Shown here in pieces: positions 38,276-51,605 of a stretch of DNA of 64,000 nucleotides; the stretch's first letter is position 1, and the number at the start of each line of letters is the position of its first letter. This DNA comes from Eledone cirrhosa (Eukaryota), in NCBI GenBank assembly GCA_964016885.1, contig OZ024740.1, positions 209,560,001 through 209,624,000 on the forward strand. Reading direction: 5' to 3'. Under the pieces are notes generated by a model. The model did not search any database. It worked only from the letters and a program-made list of their open reading frames with translations, and was not told where the DNA came from. Made by a program: the position numbers and the translations under genes.

Positions 38276-40345
38276 ATGTAAATATGTGTGTGTGTATATG
38301 TATGTATATATACTTACATACTCTTATTTATGTGTCTGTGTGTATATATATATATATATATATATCGTGAGAGAGAGATGACACCCCCTGAAATGTTGGT
38401 ACCGCAATAAGATGCACTTGATAGATTATGGGAACATATGTCAGTGAAATGTGGGTCCCCAGCCTGTTTAAGTATTTGGTAGAGTGCTGGAACATATGTA
38501 AGTGGGGTGTGAGCCCCAGCTCTGTCTGTGAGGTCAGTAGTTCTACTTGAGTACTGACTTGGTCAGGGAAAATGGATGTCAAAAGATGATGAGGATTATA
38601 TATATATGACATCATATTAGTTTAATTATTTAATCAAATAACTGAAATGTTAGTCATAAAACTATTGAACTGGTATCATCTGTGAATAGTTATGTCTTTA
38701 CTCCCTTGAAATTCAAATAGAACTGGTTCTTCTATGAAACAAAACTACCTATTTGAATTATAATCTTCCAACATAATGTTATATAAGAACTGTTAAATTA
38801 CTGTCTTATTATTGGAATAATAATTTTAATAAATCCTTCAAAATTCTTCAGGAATTAATTGACAATGGAGCATATTTCATTTGAAATACAGTAATGAAAT
38901 GCTTAAGTAAAATACTATTTAGGTTTTGAGCTTTATAAATGACGTATATTGATCACATATTTGCCTTATCACTCCTGGCAAATATTTTCTATTTGTACGA
39001 TTGACATGACAAACATATATAAACCTAAAGCCTAATATGTTTAAGAAAGGCACCCAGCCTGGTAGTTATGTTGTGCTGTACTCAAAATAGCCTTAATCTC
39101 TTGCTGTAATTGTGTTTGCTCAGCAGGACAGCTCATTGAGATAAAAAGCTTCCTTAAGTTTCATTAGAACAAGACAGGTAATTGACTTGATCCTTACCTA
39201 AATTTATCACTCTGTCATTCTAATGGAAATACCAGGCTTTATTTTTATATGAAGTAAAAATTTCTTTGATCTCTCTCCATTAATAATCTCCAATTTAAGC
39301 TTAAACACTTAGTCATTTTGTTGTTTGTGTCAAGAGAATCTGGTTTCAATCACAGTTGTCATTTAATATTTGCTGTTCATTTCTTGTCTTGTCTGTATCT
39401 AAAGAAATACATTAAAATATTTTATCAGCCCAGTGAACTTGAACTTTTTGTCCAGGATGGTTAATCCAACATTACCTGCAAATACCAGCCACCACCACCA
39501 CTACTACCTTATGTTAGCTTTCCCCAGTATGTCTCATCCATTTCTTTTACATGAACACACCAGCATAGTTGTTTCTCTCCCTCATATATTAGGTAACATC
39601 TTTGTTGGCTTGTCACTTTCTCAATTTCGTTACATTCATTCTTTTTGTAAGTTAGTATTATACATCCAACAGACTGCATTCACCATGTTTGCTCCAATCA
39701 TTGCATACTCTCTACACACACTGTTCATGTTTTTAGTTCTATACATCATCATATGTCTAACTTTTTCTGTTTGTTCTTTATTTAAAAGGGACACTTATTT
39801 GACCCTACTTCTAACCCTTTCATACACAACCTAAACACCTGTCATGAGCCATTCCTCAGCTCATTACCTTTGTGTGATGTGTTATCTACGTTAGCTACAT
39901 TGTGAATGGAATTTGGTAGACAGAAACTGTAATTGTGTATGTTTATGTATTTGACACACCACTAGCAGTTAAAACAAGATTGATATTGAGACAAAAGGTA
40001 ACATAACCAGTTGGTAAGATATAAAATAAAATAAGAACCTCGTTGTGAAATAAGCACTGTGACCTCCGTAATCAATTAAAATGTCTAAAAATGATGCATC
40101 TGCATTGCCACAATCCAATGACTAAAATAATCTACCTTTGTTGTTTTCCACCAGACTATTACCATTATAAGATATGTCAAAACAGACTTGTTTATTTAAC
40201 TAGTTCTCTTTAATTTGTCACTCCTGAAAAATGACAGCCATAAATGTGAATGCATTCTTAAAGTAAATTTATAAAATATTTTTTTTTCTATTATGAACCT
40301 TTTGTTGATTGCATTGGAAATGGGTAGAGTCAGGGTAACTCCTTT

Positions 40346-41310
40346 GTTACCATATTCCCACTGAAATATACTGCCAGTGTTACCATATTCCCACTGAAAT
40401 ATACTGCCAGTGTGTTACCATATTCTCACTGAAATATACTGCCAGTGTGTTACCATAGTCCCACTGAAATATACTGCCAGTGTGTTACCATATTCCTACT
40501 GAAATATACTGCAAGTGTGTTACCATATTCCTACTGAAATATACTGCCAGTGTGTTACCATATTCCCACTGAAATATACTGCCAGTGTGTTACCATATTC
40601 CTACTGAAATATACTGCCAGTGTGTTACCATATTCCTACTGAAATATACTGCCAGTGTGTTACCATATTCCCACTGAAATATACTGCCAGTGTGTTACCA
40701 TATTCCTACTGAAATATACTGCCAGTGTGTTACCATATTCCTACTGAAATATACTGCCAGTGTGTTACCATATTCCTACTGAAATATACTGCCAGTGTGT
40801 TACCATATTCCCACTGAAATATACTGCCAGTGTGTTACCATATTCCCACTGAAATATACTGCCAGTGTGTTACCATATTCCTACTGAAATATACTGCCAG
40901 TGTGTTACCATATTCCTACTGAAATATACTGCCAGTGTTACCATATTCCCACTGAAATATACTGCCAGTGTGTTACCATATTCCCATTGAAATATGCTGC
41001 CAGTGTGTTACCATATTCCCACTGAAATATACTGCCAGTGTGTTACCATATTCCCACTGAAATATACTGCCAGTGTGTTACCATATTCCTACTGAAATAT
41101 ACTGCCAGTGTGTTACCATATTCCTACTGAAATATACTGCCAGTGTTACCATATTCCCATTGAAATATACTGCCAGTGTGTTACCATATTCCCATTGAAA
41201 TATGCTGCCAGTGTGTTACCATATTCCCACTGAAATACACAGCTAATGTATTGCCATATTCCCACTGAAATACACTACCAGTGTATTTCAGTGGGAATAT
41301 GGTAACACAT
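40346..41310. repeat. 35-bp minisatellite (about 26 units) ending in an inverted unit
   Basis: Unit TTACCATATTCC(C/T)ACTGAAATATACTGCCAGTGTG, with 33-bp variants and a terminal hairpin at 41246-41310. Confidence 0.97.
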
Positions 41311-41659
41311 CGGCTGATGTTAGGAAGGGCATCCAGCTGTTGAAACAAAGCTAAAGCAAAGCCTATGAGCAAGACCTAGTCACCTAATCTGTCTGGCCTC
41401 AGCAGATGACAGCCGTCTAACCCATGCAAACATGTAAAATAAACATGAAATGGTGATGATGATAGGTGTGTGTGTGTGATTTCTGGCCTGATTAGGCAGG
41501 AATAGTAGTGTTTTTTTTTGTCATTTATAAGCATGATATTTACAGCTTGGACACAAGTCAAACGATGAGTTTTAATCCATAAAAACATGTTGGATATTAT
41601 ACTTCCACCCAGTTGTATATCTGGAAGAGAGGGTGGAGGGAGAACCAGAGAAGCTTTAA

Positions 41660-41856
41660 CCCTTTAATGTTCAAACTGGCCAGAATTCTCTACCTTTTTC
41701 CTTTGAAACTGGCTGTAACTGGTCACTCAAACTGATGTTAAGGTATTGTTCTCAAAATAAATACTTTCAAAATCTCACAGATTCGATATTATGTGAGGTA
41801 AAGCCTTTACCATGAAAATATAATAGTATATATAGAGTAATGTGAATGCTAAAGGC
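41660..41856. mobile_element. piggyBac-like MITE family A
   Basis: Starts TTAA|CCCTTTA and shares AGATTCGATATTATGTGAGGTAAAGCCTTTACCATGAAAATAT with 8-188. Confidence 0.8.
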
Positions 41857-42595
41857 TTAGTGATTTCAATTAGTAGACAAAAGAATATACCATGTTTTAG
41901 ATTAATTATACATGCAGCTGGAAGTTGGCTTAATAATCTTTGATCCTTATGTAAAACAGCTGTAGATATATAAACTAATAACTATATTGTAATTGTCAAT
42001 GTGGGAATACTCAACTCTGTATTCAAATTTTATTTTGTATTTCAACAACTTCAAATATTATTCCCAACTAAACACTTAGGGATTTGTGTGTGTGTATACA
42101 TACACATATATATACACACTATATACACAGTTTAAGGAAATGACGAACAAAGGTACAAAAAGTCTTATTCGTTTCACGCTTTATATGGACAAGGGGAAAG
42201 AAAGTTTGCCGTGTCGGGCTTCAGCCCTTCTTCGGGAGTACAAAAATAGAGACAGGATCACAAAGGGTAGATACAGAAAATAAAAGGTAGTTCAAATAAA
42301 AAAAAAAATGAAAATCTTTATTGTCATAATCAGGTTGCACTGCTGGCATGACAAAGCACACCCAATCAACTTTGTAAGGTGGTCATGCTGGTACCCCATG
42401 AAAAATACCCATCACCCCATGAAAAATAGCTCCCAATACACGTAAAATGGTTGTCATTAGGGAGGACATCCAGCCGTAGAAAACTAAGCCGAGACGTGGT
42501 CACCTGACCTGTCTAGCTTCATAATGTGACAGCACATCTAACCCTTGCAAGCATGGAAAGCAGACATTAAACAAATGATGATGATAATATATGTA

Positions 42596-42858
42596 TACGA
42601 GGGTTGACTGAAAGCTTTATAGGCTGACCAAGATACTCTCATGGAATGATCAAATGAGGTATATTTTTCAACAAAGAAAAAGGCAGTTATTAAATTAATT
42701 GTTTCTACTTTAGGCACAAGGCCAGCAATTACCCAGTGCATTACTGGTACTTATAGGCAGTTATTAAATTAATGCATGCAATTAATACATGCAAGATTTC
42801 ATAGCTTTAGTATCACTCCTTCATAGTCAGGCTATGAACTTTCAGCAGACTCTCGTAT
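42596..42858. mobile_element. mariner-derived MITE with a nested 5'-truncated SINE A
   Basis: TACGAGGG...CTCTCGTA ends. The SINE fragment is flanked by the 19-bp duplication AGGCAGTTATTAAATTAAT (42681-42699 and 42755-42773). Confidence 0.8.
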
Positions 42859-43204
42859 ATGTATACATGCACACACACATAAGTATGTATACATACAAAT
42901 ATGCAGGGTTAAGTTTAATTAAAACTGAACATTCTAGTTTCTGTTTGATGACTAAAGTTAGATATTGTTTAACACGAATATATCATTTATTACTTTGATA
43001 GAAGTAGTTAATCTGGTACTCTTACTCTCATGACTATTCATGTGTTAGATTCATCATCATCATTATCATCTTTGTTTAACATCTATTTTCCATGATAGCA
43101 TGGGTTAGACGGGTTTGTCCCATTAGAGGCAAGTTGGGTCGGGTGACCATGTCTTGCTCATATCAGACCGTTTCTGGCTAGATGCCCTTCCTAATGCCAA
43201 CCCC

Positions 43205-43410
43205 ATTTACAGTGTGTGCTGGGTGCTTTTTGCCGTGTTTCCGACATGACCACTTTACATTGTCTGCTGGGTGCTTTTTGCGGTGTCTCCGACATGACCA
43301 CTTTACATTGTCTGCTGGGTGCTTTTTGCGGTGTCTCCGACATGACCACTTTACATTGTCTGCTGGGTGCTTTTTGCCGTGTCTCTGACATGACCACTTT
43401 ACAGTGTGGG
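43205..43410. repeat. 48-bp tandem repeat (about 4 units) in an RTE-type 3' tail on the minus strand
   Basis: Unit TGCTGGGTGCTTTTTGC(C/G)GTGTCTCCGACATGACCACTTTACATTGTC, contiguous with the tail at about 43050-43205. Confidence 0.9.
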
Positions 43411-44076
43411 CTGTCTAATAGAAATATAATCCCCAATGATGTTTATAAGCATTTCTATAGCTTGTCTAGGAGCTAGGAAAATTGTTTCAAGATCTAACAT
43501 CATTATTGTCAGCTCCATTATTGTAATCATCATTATCATTATGACTATTAGGGTTATGGATTAACAGTATCAGTAGAGTCTTGGACAACATGCTTTATGT
43601 CATAGAGTTACGTCCCTTTACATTCTCAGTTCAAATCCCTCCGAGTTTAGCTTTGCCTTTCATTTTTTCAGGGTCGATAAAATAAAATACCAGTAACAGA
43701 TTGGGGTCGATTTAATCAGATTGTTGGCCCTGTGCCTAAGTAGAACAATTATCATCAGCTCTACTATTATAATCATCATTATCATCACCATTCTTATCAC
43801 CACCATAGAAACATTTTGATATATTGCCTTGTCAACACTGTAAATGGGGTTGATATTAGGAAGGGCATCCAACCATAAAAACCAAGCCAGAATCAATTCT
43901 ATATGTATAAGACATGGTCGTTACTAAGATAGTAACTTAATGTAAGGTTTGTATATAAAATTATGTTGGAAGATTTTAGTTTAAATTGGAAATCTTTATT
44001 TTATAGAGCCAGGTTGGTAGTTAAAAAGGTTAAAAGATGTGTCTTGTATTTTTAAAGATTATAGTTATTTAGCTCC

Positions 44077-44190
44077 TACAAGGGTCGGCTGAAAAGTTCA
44101 TATTCTGACCAAGATTCTCTCATGGAATGTGACCAAACGAGGTTTATTTTTCAACATAGTCCCCCTTGTGCTCCACACACCTCTTCCATT
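44077..44190 (-). mobile_element. mariner transposon 3' end
   Basis: The minus strand at 44144-44188 encodes WKRCVEHKGDYVEK*, the typical mariner transposase C-terminus. It is followed by an inverted repeat matching the MITEs. Confidence 0.8.
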
Positions 44191-45282
44191 GTATATTGAG
44201 CAGTTGAAAATGTCATACATAGAAGCTATGTCATTAACATGGACAGCAAAGCTTGCTTTGATTGCCACCCACACTGTACTTCCACCCAGCCAACACCCAC
44301 AGGATATTATGTTCAATAGATTTCCTAATTAGTCCCAAAAGGTCATATCTGAGGATTATCAAGGATTAACTATACAATTGACTATGATTTTTCCAGAGAT
44401 CTGTTCAAGTCAAATTCACTGGGACTATTTAATAACAAACATCATCATCATCATTACTACCACCAACATCACCCCCACCAGCACCATCATCAACATCATA
44501 ATCATTACCACCACCACCACCATCATCATCATCACCATCATTTCATTTAACATGTTTGTTATCCATGTATTGATAGTAAATAAATGAGGTCACAGTCATG
44601 TTACTGAATGTACAGAAGTATTGTAATGTGTTTGATTTTCAAAGACTGGTCCTTACCAACACACTACAGCCATTAGTCAACAGACAGGCTATCTTTCATT
44701 TATTAGTCTTTTCTACTACTACTATTACTAACATCACTACTACTACTATTCTGAATGAGCTAAAGCTGTACCATGTCTGTTGATGCTCACCTAATGCACC
44801 TTTCATTATGCTTACTGTGTTTCAGATTCTCACCCTACCCCCATCTTACACTTTACTAAACTGTTCTTATCCAGAATTGCATCCCTCTAGAACTCCTTCC
44901 TTGCACACCCATTCCCTTCATCATCATTTTATGTTTACTTTCCATGCTGCCTTGGATTGGACAGGTCATCATGGTATGAGCCTTATTGAGAGTTACTGCC
45001 TTCTCGCTCATGTTTCATGTTCGACATGGTCTTTACAGCTGAATGCTCTTCCCAACACCAACCAGTTTGCAGAGTATATTAGGTGCATTTTATTGTGACA
45101 TGAATACTAAAGAAATTGTCATGTCCTTGGCTAGACTAAAGAGTCCACTTTAGAATGGAATAACTTGCAATGGTTAGCAAGATAAGGTGGTGCGATATTG
45201 TCAGAAGAGGAGTGTCTTAATACAAAAAGTGGTATTGTACTAAATCCTACTTTCTTATTCAACAGAAGTATTGTTATCATTT

Positions 45283-45592
45283 AGGCAGTGAATTGGCAGT
45301 GTCATTAAAACATTGGATAGAATGCTGTGGTATTTGTTCTGGCTCTCTGCTCTCTAATCCTGTTGAAGTCAACTTTGTCTTTCATCCCTTCGAAGTTGCT
45401 AAAATAAGTACAGTCCAGTACCGGGGTCAGTTCTTCCTCTATATCTCTTTCTCACTTGCTATCTTTCTCTGGAAGAAATCTGTTGTGTTCAGGCCTGGAG
45501 AGGGATGGGCTCAGCCAGACTTAAAATGTCCTAGAAACGCTGTATGCCACTACAACGCCCCTTTGACTCCATCACGGGTTACAGGACCATAC
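45283..45592 (+). mobile_element. SINE family C
   Basis: SINE A-like head plus the tail CTATCTTTCTCTGGAAGAAATCTG...GATGGGC...AGAAACGCTGTATG.CA.TACAACGCCC...GTTACA.GACCATACA. Confidence 0.75.
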
Positions 45593-45984
45593 ATATACTG
45601 TTATCATTCCAAACAATCAGATAATCAGATCCATGGCTACATCATTCCAATATTTCAGAGAGAACATCTAACTTACCTAACCACTGCTGGAATTGGTTTC
45701 ATGTATTGCAATCTAGAACAAAACAAACATTTATAAGAAAGCACTTTACTGGTAAAGCATGATCTAACTTGAAACTGATAAATTCATTTGGTAATTGATA
45801 GTGTTAGGATTAAAAATTTACAATGATAATGTCGATACCCTTTAACAATACATAGAAACACCTTTTTTGTAAGGAAGATAACCAATTAAATTAACCTCTG
45901 TTGGTCTTCCACACAGTTTTCATATACCAAATTCCACTCACAAGATATTGGTCAACAAGGCAATGACAGAAGCAATGCTGGCCT

Positions 45985-46242
45985 GAGGGTATTTAGTACC
46001 CTAGGCTAACTCTACAATGTATATCTTGATATTCAGTACTATAGGCCAACTCTACTATGTACCTGGGTATTTAGTGCCTTAGGTTAACTCTACTATGTGT
46101 TCCTGGATATATAGTGACCTAGGCTAGCTCTACAATATGTCTGAGTATTTAGTGCCCTTTGCTAGCTCTACATTGTGTGTCTGAGTATTTAATAGCCTAT
46201 GTATACCTGGGTATTTAGTACCCTAGGTTAGCTCTTCAATGT
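45985..46242. repeat. diverged tandem repeat of about 42-44 bp (about 6 units)
   Basis: Recurrent GGTATTTAGT.CCCTAGG.TA.CTCTAC.ATGT. Confidence 0.75.
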
Positions 46243-47922
46243 GCATTCCATTCTCCCAAATAAAATAATTTCAACTTAAACTTTGGTAAGATGGTGAACC
46301 TAGTTTTTGATACTTCTTGTTCTGACCACACCAAAAACAGTTACTCTATATTCTCCACTACATAGTCCACCCTCACCAAATTATGTGACAAGTCATAACA
46401 CCATACAATCCTCTCCACCACTTAGAATATTTCTACAATGCTGATGATACATGGCAAAGATGCTTAACAGTATATTTATTAATCAATTTATTTTATTTAA
46501 TTATGCAAAATTTCTCTGTGGTCTGCACCCTAGACAGCTGTCTAGTTGGTCTTATTAGTAGTGCAGACTATGAGTTGAAGACACCCAAGCTATGGCACAG
46601 TGGTATTGAACCTAAAGCTATATTGTTTAAAAGTAAACTTCTTAGCTACACAACCATCCCAATGATCTATTTACCTTATTAATATTATTATCCTCATTAC
46701 AAGAGCAGTGGGTTGGCAGAGTTATTAGAGCATTGGTATTTTTTCCAGCTTTTTACATTCTGAGTTCAAATTCTGTCAATGCTAGCTTTACCTTTCATCC
46801 TTAAGGGAGTCAATAAAATAAAGTACCAGTAACACACTGAAGTTAATTTAATAAATTTTCCCTTCCCCAAAACTGTTAGCCAGGTGCCTAAACCAGAAAC
46901 CATTATTATCCTCATTACAAGGGCAGAGTTGTTAGAGCATCAGACAATCCCGCTAAAGTAAACTTTGTCTTTCACCCTTTTGCAGTTGATGAAATAATGT
47001 ACCAGCAATGTACTGGGGGCTGATATAATTGACTTTCTCCCACCCTGCAAATTGCTGGCCTTGTACCTAATTCAGAAACCATTATTATGATCATTACAGA
47101 TAAGATGGAAATATGAAGTATTCACTATCATGTACATGATAATTCCATAATAACTAGAAACAATGTTGTTCATACATATTAACCATTTTAGTATCAACCA
47201 AACCCAAACCATCTCTGACTCAATGAAATGAAACAACCCATTTTAAAGGGTTCCTATTTCAATTAAAATCTTCCAACATATTTTGACATTTTGTTAAATC
47301 ATATTACAAATACCATCTTAATTGTAATATGATTTAACAAAATTTCTAATTTTGGCACAAGGCCAGCAATTTTGAGGGAAGTGGAAAGTTGATTATATCA
47401 ACTCCAGTATTTGACTGGCAATTCATTTTATTGATCCCAGAAGGATGAAGTCAAAGTTGACCTAGGTGGGATTTAAACTCAGCATACAGGGCACTGGAAT
47501 GAATGCTGTAAGACATTCTATCCGACACTCTAACAAATCTGCTAATCCACTGTACTATACCATCTTCATAATGAAATAATTAATTGTTTTAGTAAATCCC
47601 TCTTAACTCTTTATTATAAATATGTTAATGAAAAGATTAAATGTCTTGGATTGGCCAAATCGTTAAAGTGTTGGACAAAATGCTTTGTAGCATTTACTTT
47701 CTGAGGGCAAGTCCTGCCTTTCATCCTTTCGGAAGGTGATAAAATAAAAGTATTGGGGTCGATTTAATCGACTTTTCCCTCCCCACAAAAATTACTGGCC
47801 TTCTCCCTGTTAGAAACGGTCCTAGTTATTTAGCCTTGGTCAGCTCTATGATCAAAGGCGTTCCAGCAATGACCATCCTACCTTTTTGTATATATTGTTT
47901 TATATTTTCTTGTGAGGTCTTG

Positions 47923-47957
<35 letters not shown>

Positions 47958-48241
47958 TTCTGATAATTTTTTTAAAGATGGTAGGGTATGATTTGAATGA
48001 ATTTGACAGTTATTTTTATCAGGTCGAGTGAGTATGTAAAAGTTCTCCTTGTTAGTTTGTTTTTGATTGATATGTCAGAGAAAGCAGAATCTTTTTCTTT
48101 TTCATATCTCTAATATTGAATATCTTATGTCTCAGATTCTGAAAGGAATATCTTATTCAAACATAAATATTATATAATATATTTCATTTAACATAACAGA
48201 TGAATTTGATATGGAAAACTATTAGGAGCAAAACCTATTTC

Positions 48242-48285
48242 ATATAAATATATACATATGTATGTATGTGTATATATATATATAG

Positions 48286-48332
<47 letters not shown>

Positions 48333-49209
48333 ATATATATATATATGTGTGTGTATATATATGTATATGTATGTGTGTATATATATATATATGTGTGTGT
48401 ATATATATATATGTATGTGTATATATATATATATGTATGTGTATATATGTATGTGTATATATGTATATATATATGTGTATATATGTATATATATATGTGT
48501 ATATATGTATATGTATGTGTATATATGTATATATATATGTGTATATATGTATATGTATGTGTATATATGTATATATGTATATATATATGTGTATATATGT
48601 ATATATATATGTGTATATATGTATATATATATGTGTATATATATATATATGTATATATATATGTGTATATATGTATATATATATGTGTATATATGTATAT
48701 ATATATGTGTATATATGTATATATATATGTGTATATATGTATATATATATGTGTATATATGTATATATATATGTATATATATATGTGTATATATGTATAT
48801 ATATATGTATATATATATGTGTATATATGTATATATATATATGTATATATATATGTGTATATATATATATATATGTGTATATATATATATATGTATGTGT
48901 ATGTATGTGTGTATATATATATATATATATGTGTATGTATGTGTGTATATATATATATATATGTATGTGTATATATGTATTTGTATATATATATGTATGT
49001 GTATATATGTATTTGTATATATATATGTATATATATATGTATGTGTATATATATATATATATGTATGTATGTGTATGTATATATATGTATGTGTATATAT
49101 ATACATATACATGTGCATATATGTATATATAAATGTGTATGTGTATATGTGTATATGTGTATGTGTATATATGTATATATATATATGTGTGTATGTGTAT
49201 ATATATATA

Positions 49210-49252
<43 letters not shown>

Positions 49253-49257
49253 ATGTG

Positions 49258-49288
<31 letters not shown>

Positions 49289-49291
49289 GTG

Positions 49292-49322
<31 letters not shown>

Positions 49323-49369
49323 GTGTATGTGTATATATGTATATATATATATATATATGTGTATGTGTA

Positions 49370-49408
<39 letters not shown>

Positions 49409-49480
49409 ATATATGTATATATATATATGTATGTGTATATATGTATATATATATATATATATGTGTGTATATATATATAT
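48242..49480. repeat. compound (TA)n/(TG)n microsatellite of about 1.2 kb
   Basis: Almost purely alternating purine-pyrimidine sequence, which generates the 290-440 aa junk ORFs. Confidence 0.97.
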
Positions 49481-49499
49481 CGGGAGAGATGACCCCTTA

Positions 49500-49866
49500 G
49501 CCTTTGTCAAGGCAGAATTCTAGGAGAAGGAAAACTCTGATATAACACCTGCAACCCTGATGGTATCCAATGATGTTGACTTGTTATACTTTTTGGTAAA
49601 TATCATCTTGGTTAAGAGAGTGGGACTGGCTTTGTGCAGTGTCTTTGCTCACTATAAAAGCTTCACGGCACAGGCATTGCTTTATATCTGGAGATCTCTC
49701 TGCACTTGTCGTCACATGGTACCATGGGCCCAGCACTATGTGTCAATAATTGTCACAAGTGCAGTGTTTGTACCAGAGTTTTCAAGTCGCTGGCTGGACT
49801 AAAAAGTCACACTCATTCAGCGCATTGGTAGGGGTTCTCCTACATGGATATAAAGTAGTGGCCATA
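49500..49866 (+). mobile_element. internally deleted RTE/BovB-like element (5' UTR motif plus terminal C2H2 finger)
   Basis: CTAGGAGAAGGAAAACTCTGA resembles an RTE 5' UTR motif. The stretch at about 49767-49830 encodes KCSVCTRVFKSLAGLKSHTHSAH. Confidence 0.55.
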
Positions 49867-49890
49867 CTCGAAAACGAGTTGTCAGCCACC

Positions 49891-49969
<79 letters not shown>

Positions 49970-50918
49970 ATATTATTAAAACTGCTTCTCACAGTCATTC
50001 ATGCTCTCTACAGAGTGTTCTAGGTGCGTTTTTATCATTGCACTAACATTGGTGATGTTGTCATGTCTTGGAGACAACTGAAGTGTCCTCTCAACATTTT
50101 GTTTGGCAAGTTTTTTTTACATATACTTGTTGATCCATTGTTTGTTGTTTTGTGAGTGATACATGTTGTTGTTGTTAGAAATATCTTGGTTTGCTGTTAT
50201 TTTTATGACTATAAATCTTCAACACCCACACATACATCTTTTTCGGGGAAATTATTGGATTTTTCCAAATTTAAAGGTTTCTTAGGAACTTTCAATGTTT
50301 ATTTTAAGTTTTGCCGTCTGAAGAGCTCAGGCTATCTAAACTGATAGTCCCCAGTGAAATAAATATGATGAAGTTTTAAATAAACCAGAATCATCTGAAT
50401 ATGGCCTCCAATCTTTTATTAATATATATATATACACTGAGTGTAACGTGAGGTTACTGTAGGTTTACCCACATGAGCACTTGATGTTTAGGTTCATGTC
50501 AGTGGCAAGCTGTAGAGTGAGACGGAGTATAGTATTGTATTATATTTATATAATCATCGAATAACGTCTATCTTCCACGCTAGCATGGGTTAGACTATAT
50601 ATATATATATGCCCGAAACGTCGTCCCCCACCAACACCCCACTCTCAAGAGTGTGAAATTAATAAACATTTGTTGTACTGCCTCTCTGTCTTGTCCCTGT
50701 TCAAATTTTTCCATTATATATATATATATATATAGGCTTCCAAACGACTTATAAATATATATATATATGTTTAGAAAACAGCAAGCAGAATTTGAAAATT
50801 AAATTAGAAGATTTTGGCATAACTTTGGGCATCTTTTTCCATTCAGTGGTCTTATACACCCCATTATTATTAGACTAATTTATTTAGTCAAAGTTACAGC
50901 AAAATCTTCTAATTCAAT

Positions 50919-50953
<35 letters not shown>

Positions 50954-50970
50954 ATGATAATATCATTTAA

Positions 50971-51134
50971 CTCTTTAGCATTTACAATACTCTACTATTA
51001 TATTTTCATGGTAAAGGCTTTATCTTACATAATATGGAATCTACAAGATGTTGATGGTGTTATTATTTATTTTGAGAACAATACCTCAATGTCAGTATGA
51101 GTGGCCGGATATGACCAGTTTAAATGTTAAAGGG
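50971..51134. mobile_element. piggyBac-like MITE family A, inverted orientation
   Basis: TTAA|CTCTTTAGCATTTA...TAAATGTTAAAGGG|TTAA. Confidence 0.8.
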
Positions 51135-51482
51135 TTAATGCCCCATTCTCTCTGTTAGCAAGAGTTTGTGAGAGTACATAGTTTAGTGGATAGGATGTTT
51201 GGTGGTATAATTATAAGGTCAATTCCGAGTGGTGCGTTGTATCCTTTAGAAAAACACTTTATTTCATGGTGATCCAGTTCATTCAGCTGGTAAAAATGAG
51301 TGGCGCCTGTAATTCAAAGATTCAGCCTTGTCACGCTGTGTATCATTCTGAATCTCCCTGAGAACTGATGTGTCTTTGGAATACTCAACCACATGCACTT
51401 TAATTTCATGAGCAAGAAGTTGTGTTTGTCTGAATAACTGGAACACTTGTCAGAACCGACAAAACTCACACACGCACGCACG

Positions 51483-51538
<56 letters not shown>

Positions 51539-51605
51539 AGCGGGAATTGTGTTTGTGTCTTGTGTCTTCTCTCACATTTTCTAAATAATATGTATATATA
51601 TATAT

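Noticed and set aside
40346-41310. CRISPR-like array of 35-bp repeats
   Set aside because: There are no spacers; it is a simple tandem minisatellite.
48188-49523. Long ORFs of 288-440 aa
   Set aside because: These are translations of (TA/TG)n microsatellite. The same applies to the ORFs near 20.7-21.0, 36.1-36.8 and 54.8-55.3 kb.
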